From Lophium mytilinum (taxonomy: Eukaryota), in contig MU004184.1 of the NCBI GenBank assembly GCA_010093605.1, positions 754,801 through 818,800 on the forward strand: 64,000 nucleotides of DNA. The letters run 5' to 3'. This document shows positions 1 through 13,318 of the stretch, piece after piece. The position numbers were made by a program, and so were the translations under genes. The stretch's first letter is position 1, and each line of letters begins with the position of its first letter. The notes below the pieces were generated by a model. The model made no database searches. It had not been told where the DNA came from and saw only the letters and a program-made list of their open reading frames with translations.

Positions 1-109
1 ATGATTGTCCTGGCAAGAAAATGCACTGAGCTTGTCCATTCCTCGTCAAAATGGTTCCAGAAAGCCCAAAGCCCACAAAGCCACTCATCCCTCGACACAC
101 TCGACCACT

Positions 110-922
110 TTAACGAGTAGTCGCCTTGACCTTCGGTGCCGAGCCCTTCGCTCCTTGCTTGCTCTGAATCCGCTGGGTCTGACCCTTCGCCGCCGCTGAA
201 GCCGACTTCGCCTTCTCCTGCTTCTTCTTGCTCTCTGCCGCAGCCTTCTTCTCCTTGCCCTCACTGATGGCGGCAGCACGGGCGGCCGAACGAGCCTCGG
301 GGCGCATAGAACGGCGCTCCTTGATGACGTCGAGCGAGGCACCGACGATGGCGCGCTGGTGCTTCACGGTGCGGCGGGATCGCTTCTTGGCAACTTCCTG
401 TGGGTGGCATAACATTAGCCCTAGAACATCTACGCGACAACCTGACGGAATGAGATCTGGGCTGGGCAATCGTCCTATGTAGGGGGCCATGGGTTTCTTT
501 CCATTGTATGAAGGAGATCCCGCATAGCGCCCCTCCATCGGTCGAGTGCCTAATCCAATTGCCTTCAAAATGTATATGCAAGCGATCCGGCGCCACTAAC
601 CTCAGAAATGCCCTTTTTGTGCTGCCTCCGGTAGAGAGTGGTCCAGGCGATCCGACGGGGGTTCTTTCGCTGCAAGAAGAGCGATTCGGTCTTGCCATTT
701 TGGAATCGGAAGATCTTGCTGTCACCGCGGATGTAGAGCTTGCCCTGTTGTCGCGAATGTATATGTCAGCTTTGGCTGCTTCACAAAGTATGCCGTCCTC
801 CACAGAATTCATTTGGAGGTGGCGGCTCCGGAGGTTCGATATTGGCGCTGGGGGAGGGGGCGACAACGCACCTTGCCCGGGTAGATTTTCTGGCCGCTGA
901 AGGAGTCGTCGTAGGTACGCAT
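110..922 (-). CDS. RPL24: 60S ribosomal protein L24 (eL24), 3 exons
   Basis: Exons 922-872, 744-601 and 397-110 joined by GT-AG introns give [52 protein letters not shown]...[14 protein letters not shown]..., the typical eL24 sequence. Confidence 0.97.
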
Positions 923-1812
923 GTTGGCGGTGGTGATGCGATACCTTGGGGTTAGTGTACTTCGTGGTCGTCGTCGTTGCGGAGTTTTTGGCTTTGTGTG
1001 CGGAAGCGAAGTGCCAAGACCGATGTAAATGCACGGGCCATATCACCGAAAATGGTCGTCATTCCGCTCGATGTCACAACCTGAAACCTCATTAGAGAGC
1101 GCTGAAGCCCTGTATAGAACATGCAATATCTTCAATTTCTTCTAGTAAACCACACGGACTCCAGACATCAGTCACAGAATCTACCATCTTGATATTCAGG
1201 TCTTGGCATTGAATAGATTAGATCTGGGTCTGACTCAATTCGGGGGCTTTCAGGAGCTACATGGATAACAGATTTTTGATGAACATGCTACTTTTCTCCC
1301 CCAGCTTAATAGTCATAGCCCATCTTGAGACAGTAAATCCAATGTGAGTGAGATGAAGAAGGCAATAGTTCTATTGTTAGCCTTCGCACCATAGCGAGTT
1401 TCCGAGGGGTCAGTATGAAGCATCATTGAGCGGCTGGGATAAGCTATGGAAGAAGCCAGCTCCGCAGGTCCGTGGTACTATTCGTATTCGAAAACAGTGT
1501 CACATGAGCTCGCCTAGGCTGATGCCCTGCCACTGTGCCTTCATGTTCAGGCTTTAATCAAATATGGCATTCTGTTCCATCCAGAGGATGCTAGAGGGTC
1601 CTGAAAGTACTCGCTAACTAGTTCAACACTCAGCCGCAAAGGAAATAGCAGGTTATGTCAGTCAATCGAATCGCAAACGCCCGACGCTTCCAAAGCCTTC
1701 TTCGAAGCTGCATGTCTAGAAAGTCGGCCGTATCCACAATCTTGCCGTAAACGCCGTTATGAGGCCCGTAAAGGGAGCTAGACACTTACTGCCAGCTGTG
1801 CCGATACCGTGT

Positions 1813-2451
1813 CTATTTCGCATAGGTTCTCGTCCATTCTCGAGCTGTCTCGATGGCTGCTTTCTCGTCTTCCTTCCACTTCTGAGCGACATCGTTTGCG
1901 AGAGGGTCATCAGGGTTGGGAGCGCCCAGGAGGGCTTGGATGGAGAGAAGTATTGTGCGGATCTGGAGGGCCGGGGACCAGTTGTCTAAGACATGTTAGA
2001 CTCTATCCAGAATCGGAAAAGGCGCATTCTTACTCTTCAGTACATCCAAGCAAATACGTCCAAGCCTGTCGATGTTTGGGTGGTAGATCTTGGTCAAGAA
2101 CCGGATCTTCGGGGGTGTCATGGGATAGTCGTCCGGCAGAAATAGCTCCAGCTTGAAAATGCCTCCTAACATTCCAAACAGACGTCAGCACTTCGAAGCC
2201 CTCGGTATAGACTATTCTAACTCATGTTCTGACCTTCATATGGAGATTGTGAGGGGCCGTGGATGGTGACGTCGAAATAGCGAAGGTTGTCTTCATGGGG
2301 TACTGCGTTGATGCCCGGGACTCTGTATACGTCTGTTGTCAGTGACAGCTAAGCAAGGCGGAAGGGCTCTGTATCCCTAGGCCATAGAGGGTTCTTACGG
2401 TTCTGCCATCAGACGCTCCGTCTCCTTGATAATCCTCTTAGGAAGGGCCAT
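1813..2451 (-). CDS. UBC13: E2 ubiquitin-conjugating enzyme Ubc13 (multi-exon)
   Basis: Spliced translation starts [18 protein letters not shown], contains [25 protein letters not shown] and [27 protein letters not shown], and ends EWTRTYAK*. Confidence 0.95.
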
Positions 2452-3347
2452 GATTTCTTAGGACGCAGGCGCTACGTGTTTGGGAGAGATCCGTTAGAAC
2501 CAATAGTCGGCGAAGTAAACCTATCGCTGTGATGTGGTCTGCTGCGTATAGAGGATCGCAGTGAAAGGTAAATGTAGAGGAAGGTGACAAGAGGCGTGGT
2601 GGTGCAGGAAGGTCCGCCCACGTGTCACAGTGGTCTAGAGGTGAATGCAAGGCGTGAGACTTCAACCCGCAAGGCTCAAGTATACAGTCCAGCAGTAGGA
2701 TTATGGAAGATAGGAAGAGGGTCCAAAGGGTGCGCACTTTTTGTCGCGGCAAAAGTTCACAGGCTGGGTTTCTCGGTCAGTCAGGCAACCTTGGAATCAT
2801 GCCCCTCTTCGCCCCGCAGGAGGGCGCCCCTGGAACATAAAGTGGTAGCTTGGAACTTCATGCGAAGGGCTATTCTAAAGATTCCTCTTCGGGGAACTTA
2901 CTTCATCTGCAGCCGCGTGAACTTACTTAGTACTACTTGAGACCCTCTGGTACATTATTTAAGGCTGTAGAGTGAAGGGTAGGCAAATCTGATAGCTCTC
3001 CGCGCCACCGATGGGGTCGAACTACCTACCACTTCATCTTCAAGCAAGGCTGCCCCTCCAGGAACACTCCTGCGGTCATTGCCAAGCCTTTGTATATGAT
3101 TAATATCAGCAATTGAGGATTTTGATACTCTTCACTAGAACTCTATGAGACTATAGCGCTCTATAGATGCTTTCTACGCGTTCATTTCTCACTGTTCCAG
3201 CTGAATATCGCGTCGAGTTGGATCTCAGCCAGAAAGCCTCGTTAGGTGTAGCTCGCGACAACATAGGCGACGCTACCGCAGCTCCCAAACAGCCACGACA
3301 GCTTCCATCGGCAACCCATCGAGCTTGAGCTTCGAAGCTCCACGACC

Positions 3348-6300
3348 ATGGCCTCCACGGCCTCCGTGGGCTCGCAGTCCAACGGAGAGCCGTCCTCTCC
3401 CTTCGAGAGCCCGACTTTCGAGAAAGACGTCTCTATTCACGTCAGCGAGACCATTGGGGCCGCGTCCATATCCCCAAGCGGGCGGGATGTGGTGTTAGCT
3501 TCGTGAGTCGCATGGCCTCTCATCAAGAAGTATGAAGCGTCACTAACCTCACATAGGCGCAACGGCCTCAACATAATTGACCTTGACAACCCCTACTCGC
3601 CGCCCCTCCACATAGCCAACCGCTCGCAGTGGGACGTCGCGGACGTGCAATGGTCTCCCTTTGCAGATCGAGCGTCCTGGATCGCCAGTACTTCTAACCA
3701 GAAAGCGCTGATATACAACCTCGATCTCCTGGGCAAGACACCGCGCGCGCCTATTCAATATACCCTACATGCACACACACGCGCCATTACGGACATTAAT
3801 TTCTCAGCCCACCATCCTGATGAACTGGCAACCTGCGCCGTGGATAGCTTCGTGCACTGTTGGGATCTTCGTCAGCCAGGAACACCTGCTTTGACGTTCA
3901 ATTCTGTGGTGAAGTTTGCCAAACCTTTTGCCATATTCGCGGACTGGGATGCAGGGGCAACCCAGGTCAAATGGAACCGTCAAGATCCACACATTATTGC
4001 ATCTTCGCATGATCGATATCTACGTATCTGGGACCGTAGGAATGGGGCACTTCCGTTGAAGACTATCACAGCACATTCAACCAAAATCTACGGCATCGAC
4101 TGGAACCGAACACGATCTACAGGCATCCTTACCTGCTCTTTGGATAAGACTATCAAGTTGTGGGACTACTCAAAGGGAGACAACCTTGATCTAGATGACT
4201 CCCATGCAGAGCGCATTTTCAGAACTCCGTATCCAGTATGGCGAGCGCGCCACACGCCATTCGGATGGGGCGTGCTTGCTATGCCACAGCGCGGGAACTA
4301 TGACCTACATCTTTACGATCGTCGCCTCAGTGCGGGAATGAAGAAGAACGCTGTCGTTCCGCCTACGCACTCGTTTGAAGGCCATTCGGACTGCGTCAAG
4401 GAATTCTTGTGGCGCTCGCGTGGCTCAATAGAGGACGGCATCGATAATCGTGACTTTCAACTGGTCTCGTGGGGCACTGATCGGTATCTACATCTTCACA
4501 AGATGAATTCGGACATTCTGAAAACTGTTGGATTCGAAAAAGGAAAAGAAGTGTTCAAAAAGCCTTACCTTACTCGAGTTGGTGCTGCCTATCTGACATA
4601 TAGGGACGGGCCGCCTATCAAACCCGACACTAATGTACCTTTGGACAAAGAGCCAGAAAAACTTTCGAGTCAAGCAAAAGGACATTTGACCACACTATTC
4701 CAAACCTCTCAGTCTCAAAAAGACGCACGTACAGCTCCTTTCAAGTCAATGGACCACCCCACAGCAATGGTCCCAGTAGGGATGCGGGGCAAGAATCGCG
4801 CCCGAAAAATCGTGAACACAATCAAATGGATGGAGGGAGTTAAAATAGGCAATCGAGATACAGACACCGCTGCAAAATGGGGAACACGAGGCACCGTAGT
4901 TCCTCCGCCCCACCAATTTACCTGGGACAGTCCTGAGAGTCTTGGCGATGAAATCACGTACGTTGGTGGTAGATACAGAAAAGTCGCGTTCGAAGAAGTA
5001 GATGTAGCCCGCCGCAAAGCTACCGTCTCTCTTTATGGTCCCTGGGGAGTTGACCGAAAAGCCGCTTTCATCCGAATCAGCTTGAAATTCCCCCTAAACT
5101 ATCCTCGAGATTCCGCACCAGACTTAATCATCGAGAAGACAACGGCTGCAATCGCAGATGAGACAATACTCAAGCTTGATTCGGAGATGCATTCAATTGC
5201 CGAGCTGTACCTAAATCGAAAGCGCGGCTCTTTAGAAGCTATCGTCGGATATGCTCTTGGTGAACGTGGCCTCGAGGAAAGCATTGATTTTCTGGAGATC
5301 GAAGAAGATTCTAATGTTCGAGGACTTGATAGAATCGTCGACGATGATAGCTCGAGTGACGAAGAGGACGACGACTTAACAGATCTCAAGGTCGACTTTG
5401 AGGGCGCTGTTGATCTAGAACGTAGTGGCAATGATATCCCCGTCAACATTAAAGCCAATGTCCCCCTTCCAAAGCATTGTGGAGCAATGTGGTCGGAGGA
5501 CGGCCGGCTTGTTTGCTTCTTCCCACCTCCTCCAGAGCCTCGACCCTTATTTTCAGTCTCGGGGCTACGTCCAGACCGATTGGGAAAGAGCTGGAGTATA
5601 TTCGACACGTTTGGCCGACTGAACGCTGGTACATCTGGTCCTGGAACAGCGCCAGGGACCGGCGAGGAAGACCATGCCTCTTTGCATGATTCATGGACTT
5701 CTTCGTCGTCTACAAGCTCTTCTTCAAGTTCTGATGCGGACAATGCGATACAAGGAAGAAGATTTCAGCCGCCAGCCGCATGGAGGAGAGCAACCCTTAA
5801 ATTCCAGAAGTCATCGCAAGTGTCCAGCGCGGGGCAGGGAAACCCCATCCAACCGAAATCCATTGTTTCTATCAAGGAGGTAGAGGAGCATCTTCTGCCT
5901 TGTAAAAAGGTACTGGCCAAAGAATACAAGATCTTTGGTGATGGTCCCACAGTATGCGCGCATAATGCGGATGTAGCAAGGAAACATGGTTTCCAAGACC
6001 TTGCCGAAGTCTGGGACATTTGCAAACTCATTCTTTGCAACGACGTTCCCCTAGAGATATTACCACAGCAGTATAGGCGAGAGCAAGTCTTGGTGCTCGC
6101 TCGACGGTCACTCGTCAAGATCAGACGTAAAGATAGTGGCATTGACCTTGCCTTTGATGATCCTGAAAAGGTTGCGAAACCCAGACTTACCGGCCGAGTC
6201 AAATGGGGTCGTAGTCCGATCGTAACCTTCCTCATACCCGCCTTATTCGACCATTTCGAAGCTCTTGCAGACACGCAGATGCTTGCTATGCTTTCATGTA

Positions 6301-8140
6301 TATTCTCCGAGCCAGCAGCAAATGAAGGCGTGACTAGTGCAATGCAGCGCCTTCGTCAGTCTGATCTTCCCATGTCTATGGAAGCACCGGCCTTTTCCCT
6401 GGACTACTTCTCGTCCGCCGAAGCAGCTTGGAGTTTGTTCAGACGTCCCCAATCCATCCCCGGTACACCTAGTTATCCCCCAACACGCTTTTCTACTCCG
6501 GTCAACTCTTGGGAGAGACTTGACAAACGGTTAGATACTTTCGGTTCTGCCGGCTCGTCAAATGGTCCTTGGGGAAGTGACCATGTACCGTCTGATCCAG
6601 CCACTCCGTACTCCACAGGCCACACCCCTCCTACACTCTCTAGGACGACAAGCACGCACCGCTCTACTGCCAGTGCAACCCAGAGTTACTCAACGTCGCC
6701 AGAGCAGCATCAACAGATAAAGAAGTCTAACTCGAACCTGGCGACGGCACTTGCCACACTCTCGAGGCCTTTTTCCATCACTGCTTCGTCATCGCCGCCA
6801 GCGAACCCCAAGCCACGAGGGGAGGGAGACTTGTCTACATCAGCTCCAACAAGTGGAATTACATGGGGCACCAACACATTCTACAGTAGTAGCAACGCGA
6901 CTAATGCAACAGGTCGCTCTAAACATGGCAAGCGACCTAGCATTTCTCAGCTTGATGGATCTTACCTTTCTCGCCATTCCGAAGAAGATGAAGACCGAAG
7001 CTGGATTGAAGAAGGATCCTCAGAGCCTGCCTTGCCCTCACACGAGATCGAAGGTGATACGACCATCAAGGTAACACTCAAGAATCAAGACCACTTTGAT
7101 GACGAGGGTTGCGTTAGTGCACCTCTTCTCGACCGTTCCAAGGAATGGCTTTATCGACACTACCGCGAGCAATATGCGGAGCAACTTAGTATTTGGAACC
7201 TTATTATGCAACGCGCCGAGATTCTAAAGTTCAACGGCCTCGTATCATACTGGCCAGAGAAGAAGGTAGAAAGACCGTCAACGCAAGAGCCGACCCTTGA
7301 GGTAGGCACCATTCCTCATATTCCAGACCAACAAGCTGCGGTTCAGCGGCCAGGGCCAGATCGTAGGGTCTCAAACGACTCTTTACTCAAGATCTTTTTC
7401 AACTTCCGGCTAGCAAAAGCAAGAATCAGAATTTTCCTACTCTCGAGCATTTCTGTCTTGGTCTCTTCTCACATCCCGTCACTATTCCTCACCCTCCATC
7501 GCTTCTAGCCAAACATCACAATCAGTCCTATTCATATATCCTGATCTATTTTGTAGCTTTCTGCTCTCTCTTGGATCGAAGTGCTAACCTACCACAGGGC
7601 CGCCCTCAATCGCAATCTCTCGAACCCCCACCAGCTCCCTATGGCGCCCGCCGCCCTACCCCTACGAATGACATCCAGAATTTTTCATTCAACCCAGAAG
7701 CACACGAGTTTCTCCCGGGCACACAGACGCCTCTCCAGCTCTCACGACCCCAATCGCCTCATGGTGAGACCGGCGAGCCCTTCCAGGAGTCACTCAGCAT
7801 TGAAGTACCACCCACTCCCACTACTGGACCTCCTACCGACGCCAAAAGCACGAAGCCACTGGTCATCCCAAGTATGTGCGCTGTGTGTTGGATGCGACTG
7901 CAAGGGTTGTTTGTGTTTTGTGGGAGGTGTGGCCATGCGGCGCACAAGGCATGTGTGCCTGATAGCAATAGTGGGACGTTCGGTAGTGACAGTGGGAACT
8001 GCGCGGCTTATTGTGGGTGCGAGTGTGGAGGAGATGAGAAGCTTGAAGAGAAACCAGACGAGTGGTGGAAGGAAGGTGCGAGTGCGCTGAGCCAGAGAGG
8101 AGAAACTCAATCGGAGGACTGGAGGATGAACGTTGGGTGA
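3348..8140 (+). CDS. MTC5: WD40/RWD/RING protein, SEACAT/GATOR2 subunit Mtc5 (Sea3/WDR59)
   Basis: ATG at 3348, short intron at about 3504-3557, WD40 repeats (HTRAITDINF, GATQVKWNR, HSTKIYGIDW), an RWD-like region (FPLNYP), a frame-restoring intron at 7363-7556, and a C-terminal Cys/His zinc finger (CAVC...CGRCGHAAHKAC...CGCEC). Confidence 0.9.
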
Positions 8141-10430
8141 GGCTAATGGAATGGAAGAAGACTTATACCCCGGTTTTCATGGTGTGCTTAAGGCACGCAC
8201 TAAGAACCAATGTAAGATGTATCGCGTTGTAAGTTACCAGTGTACTTTAAAATTTGGGGGGAGCTTCTAGGAGCTATTGGCGCTCTTTGGGGTGCACGTA
8301 GCATAGCGCTTGTAGGCTAGGCTACTCGCTTGCCTGCAAGTAATCATTGGCTTTTCCAAGCCGTGCTGGAGCACTCTTACCACCTGAACTTCGTTGCTCT
8401 TGCTTCCTCCTAGCTGTCAGCTGCTCCCGCGACGAGCCCTCATGATAATTCCTGGGCATATGTAAGAACCTCCGCGGCTTTGGGACTAATCAACTGAGAT
8501 CTTGTCGATCAGCAATGTAGAGTGCACTCTGAACGAGTTATTGACTACTAATAATGCATCCTCCGGGCATAGTAAGTGTAGAAATTCCGCATGGTAAGGT
8601 GCTGACACTCAAATCATCTAACGAGCGAGTTGCTATGCCTAAGATGACATTACTCGTCATCCTGGAAGAGGGACTAGCAGACCCTTCTCAGCACATCTCG
8701 AACACACCGAGTAGCATTCAAGCAACTATTCTTCGCTGAAACAGTGCCGTCGACTCGGTCAGTCATCAGAATCGAAGGGACTTGGCCTCCTGTCAAACGA
8801 TCACTTGACCAGGCCGACACCAGATCGAAACACTTCCGTCTACGACCAACAGCGTACACCGTAGAATCCGGCCGATCCTCCTACAAATTGTCACGGCGCT
8901 ACTTCGCTTCCGTTGTTGTGGGGCTACATGATGACCACGACGTGAAGTTAGGCAAAGTCACGAGTTCAGGAACGCTCAAAGGTCACTGGACTAGTGCGAG
9001 TTCAAACTTCTACTCAAGCCTGTCCTGTTTCACAACTTTATATCTTTCCACAGAATTCGAGCCTCGAGTCCGTTCTCATGTATGAGGGTGTGATCGAGTC
9101 CGGCCATCCATCTGCTTCATAGGCGTGGAAGGCTGATCAACGGGTGATCTGGAGCTCGTAGGAAACATGAGCACCCAAGATCAATGGTGGGAGCGGTTTG
9201 GGAGACACTAGGCGTTTCTAGTGATGATTATTACCAGTCCTATATGAGTATACGCAGCTTCAGAAGGGGACTAGGTAATAACAGGTCTTCGTGACGGATT
9301 TGAACATCCCCCGTGTAAATCAATTGTGAGTATCAATCCTTTTCATATATGAACATCACCAATCTACGAAGTTAGCACCTCCGAACTCCACCTTCTGCCC
9401 CATGAGGTCAACTTTGACAACTTTTTGACCCCCGAAACCACCAAGCAACCCCAGAGTGCTGGACTTGTTGGACAGTCTCCACCCGAATCGCCCCGCCACC
9501 AGCCATTTACTGACTCCCTTAGTGCGTTGAATCCCCACCCTCTCCTCCCTCCACCAGCCCGTGAGGAAGACTAAAGGTGCCTTTTTCCTTCCTGAACAGC
9601 TTGCCCCTTGATGTTGGACATGAGGAGGGGGGCTAGCCAGCTCTTATAGTCGGAATGACATCACCGCACAGGCCACCGGAAGAAAAATCCACCAGGTCCA
9701 GCGGTGAGGCAGCAGTGACGAAAGTGGTGATGAGGAAAGAAACACGTGAGAAACGTCATGAGCTGAGAGGTAATTCGCGATAGAGCGGATTTAGATAGCC
9801 ACGTTGATTGACGGATTTTTGTTTGAGAGCAATGCACTTGTAGCTTATGTAGTTAGGACGGAGAAGATTGGCGAGACACAGCAGAGTAGTTTGAATGATT
9901 AGGTTCGTGCTGTATAAACTCATAAGCATTTCGACCGTAGGTTTCTTCTTCCGACCTGCACAACTCGCTTGACAATCACGTGCAGGTCACATGCCATCGG
10001 AGCAACGTCCGGAGCTCCCGCCCCTTACTCCTCAACGCAGGGTTTCAGGTAAATACTCATCTAAAAATGGACGTTAAAATGACGCCGGTTTGTGGGGTCC
10101 TTTCCCGCCGTGCTAAGAAAATACAACGGGTGTGTAGTAACTGACGAAAAGCGACCCATGCGAGAGAGAACAGAGCTGACCGCAATGCAGATCTAAGGCC
10201 TGCCGTCGTGTCTATTATACGTAAAAAGGCGATGGATTGCTTGCAGAGAGGTGTTTGCTGGTTTCTCGCAGTGCATAGAACCTTCCATGAAGAGACGAAT
10301 ACTATTGAATCTTACCACAGCAATTTGGCCACTTAGCAAAATTATACCAAGTGAAAGGATAGAAGATGGAAAAACATAAAGCCCTTGAAGTGGAGACCAT
10401 GCTTTGAAAGCACGCCTTCCAGTCCAATTT

Positions 10431-12573
10431 TTAGTCCTTGCACGTCTTACCCCACCAAGAGTTTATCGAGCGATCATGATATGAGCTCATCCAATGAATC
10501 CACTCATAGTCATCATCATGATCGTACCTGTAAACAATAATGTACTCTGTTTTACTCGTAGGATCTAGTGCAATAGCCTGCCACTACGTAAGCCCATAAC
10601 ACCTGCAGGATTAGACTACCGGCTTACCAATATGCTTACAGCTTTTTTTTTGGCCTTAAGGAACCGCCAGAGACTCGGATTACTCTTTCAGATCCAGATC
10701 GTAGCCTAAGGACTGATCCGGGGCTGAAGCGTCGCCGAAAGAGATGAAATTAGGAGCCGCCGTATCCGAAGGCTATAGCTATGACTATGGAGCCATCCTT
10801 TTCAACCTTTGCGGTTTTGGCGTAGACTACGCGGGATGCCCAATGCCTAGTACAGCCGTCCCGCCACCGCGTGTAGAAATGTTGCCCGGGACCGAGAGCG
10901 CATAGTTCCAGGTTGTTGAGTCCGTGGGAGTCGATTTTTGCTCCTAGGTACGGATACTCGACGTCGAAATCTACGCTCTGTACTGTCACGACCGTTAGAT
11001 TCTATCTTGTTTCTCTTCAAGCTGTCGGTTGTTCCTTACCCCAAAAGCTGTTATACTTGGCAATCCATACCTGTCTTTCGCCGATGCTGATGGCTTTTAC
11101 GCGCTCTCCCTTCTCGATTGGAATGTTACTGGTTGAGACTCATCAGTACTTCCGCAAACAGTATTCAGACCGCTTTGTACAGGCGGTGCACTTACCTGCT
11201 CCAACGCGATGAGCTGATCAAAGCAAAATATTCCCCCCTCATCGACACGGAATATCGGGGGTCGAAGCCGGTGTTGCTGCTCCGAGATTCCTTCTCCTGT
11301 TCTCGCTCCCGCTCTCGCCGAGCTTCCTTTTCCTGCTTCCGTCTCGCTTGATTCTCCAGCTCGGTTTTCTCCTGCTCAAGCCGCCGTTGTCTGTCTTTGA
11401 TCCGTCTTAACTCTACTTCGTGAGCCGCTTCCTGTTCTTTCATCTGCTTCTCCATGCGGGCGACGCGGTTATCGCGCTCGACTAGGAGGGTCTCCATGGT
11501 CGAGCGCAAGGCGCCCGTGTCGTCCTCCACCTTCTTAATCATGCGCGTGTACCGATCCCGCTCTTCACGCATCATCTCCACCGCCTCATGGTCTTGTTGC
11601 TGGATAGCCGCTTTCATGTTATCTTCCATATCTCGCCGCTCCTTGTCCCACTTCTCCTTCTCCTTGAGCATCTCGCCATTCAGTGCTCGGCCGGCCGATG
11701 TCTGGTCTAGGGTGCGACGCTCATCAACCATTTGTCTCTGTAGATCGGTGGTTACAGGCGCATTGTGGCTGGCCAGCCGGTGAACGATGTCCGTTGCAGA
11801 GGGGTTGGTGTTGTTATGCCGATGGCACGAACTACCTTTCCCCAACATCCAGCCCCAAAATTCTGGCGTGTCGATCAGTTCTTTCTCGCGGGCAACGCCT
11901 TCTTGTTCACTCGGTATTTTGTCCCACATGGTTGTGACGAGGATGACTTTCTTGAGGGCGTCGTCGCCACACAGCTGCTTGAACATGATTAAGTTTTTCC
12001 TCGCCGAGCCTTGCATACGGATGTCGGTGATGCGGTGGAGGTATATAATCCCGTTGAGTAAGATATTGTTTGTGTAATACTCCCCAAGCCATGATGTAAT
12101 CTCACGGAGAACTTCGGTGTCGCTTCGGTTCGTGTCGTCGAAGCCAGGCGTATCGATCAGGTAAACGGTCCGGTCAGGGGACATGTCGTACGCATAGACA
12201 TCAACGACAGATGTGCCTGTTTGTCCTTAGGATCTACGTAGAGCAACAGCTCAAAGAATTTATAGGTACCACTCACACGCGCCTAGTGCATGGCCCACTT
12301 TGACGGCTTTACCGGAACATATTGAGATGAAAGAGCTCTTTCCCGAACCCGTGACACCCATCACAGCGATGAAAACATCATTTAGTCTTTCATTTTGATT
12401 AGACCGCTGTAATAACGACAGAGCAAGTATTCAATGGGCGACTCACCCGGGAGCGCGGCCACCGCGAAGGCTGTTCGACTCTGGCTTACTGTTCCATAGT
12501 ATAGATTCCTCTATTCAGAATTTAGTGATAGTCGCTGAGGTTGACACAATGAAGCCCTACCGCTGGAAGACAT
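10431..12573 (-). pseudogene. AIG1/GIMAP-like P-loop GTPase A with coiled coil and repeated C-terminal domain; 3' part frameshifted
   Basis: Spliced model: MSSS|EESILW...|LNDVFIAVMGVTGSGKSS (G1)...|CTS (G2)...LIDTPGFDDT (G3)...LVTTMWD (G4-like), a long charged coiled coil, then further exons. The reading frame breaks at TAAT 10752-10749 and 10682-10679, but a protein-like frame continues to TAA at 10433-10431. The exact start is inferred. Confidence 0.8.
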
Positions 12574-13318
12574 TCTGCTCGAGCGCGTGTCGTCTTTCTA
12601 GATTGGTTTCCAAAAATTCCACCGGTAGCGCATCGGGTGAGGCTGGTAGCTTTGGAGAAAGGTCAGAGAACGAGGCTCTCCCTAGGTTATCATTCCCCTC
12701 TTTGAAGCTTGCCATGGATGGTAGAGTCATTGCCTTCGTATATGCAGGTATGCCACGCAGGTGTGTTGGCGGTGCTAATCGGTTGGTCGAATGGAGTTTC
12801 AGCCTTGCCGCTGTCACCTGTGAAGCGCCCCAGATAATCTGCAGGAAACGCTCTATCCTACAGCCGCTTGGCGCGAGGACATCGGACGCACGAAGGGGCT
12901 ATACATCCCGCGGGGCAGTCATCCCATGTACATACGATTGGCTCGTTCCTTAAGCCTCTCAACATAAAGCGCCTCCAAGCACAGCCCCTCGGAGGAGCCG
13001 TCTTGTCGCCAAGCTTGGGAGTATAGCGAGGCTCGTTTGTCCCCAATTTCGGCTCCAGGCTGAACGAAGCTCTCTGCTAGATGACTACCTCTCAAGGCAC
13101 TACCTCCGATTCTAGGATATACTACCGTTGGATGAGACCCTTGAGCCCTGCTTCTCTCCAGTACCTAGCACCTAAAGCTCCGTGGCTTCTCAACCCGGGT
13201 GATTGACTCTCTTCTCCGTTTCCTTGACTCGTCACGTAGGTGACGCCTTCGAGATAGCCAAGGCTCAAATAGGAGACCGTCATATCTTTTCTCTCGCCCT
13301 TTTACATTCCAAATCATC

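Noticed and set aside
398..600. Intronic snoRNA in the 203-nt RPL24 intron 2
   Set aside because: I found no convincing C (RUGAUGA)/D box pair or H/ACA layout, only a weak possible hairpin. An Infernal/Rfam search would be needed.
8550..9760. Short ORFs or a possible decayed gene between MTC5 and the GTPase pair
   Set aside because: Fragments look vaguely coding, but no motif or consistent frame could be recognised.
12557..12817. 86-aa ORF as the first exon of GTPase A
   Set aside because: Its frame is incompatible with the next exon at the GTAGGG donor, whereas ATG 12573 gives the correct phase.
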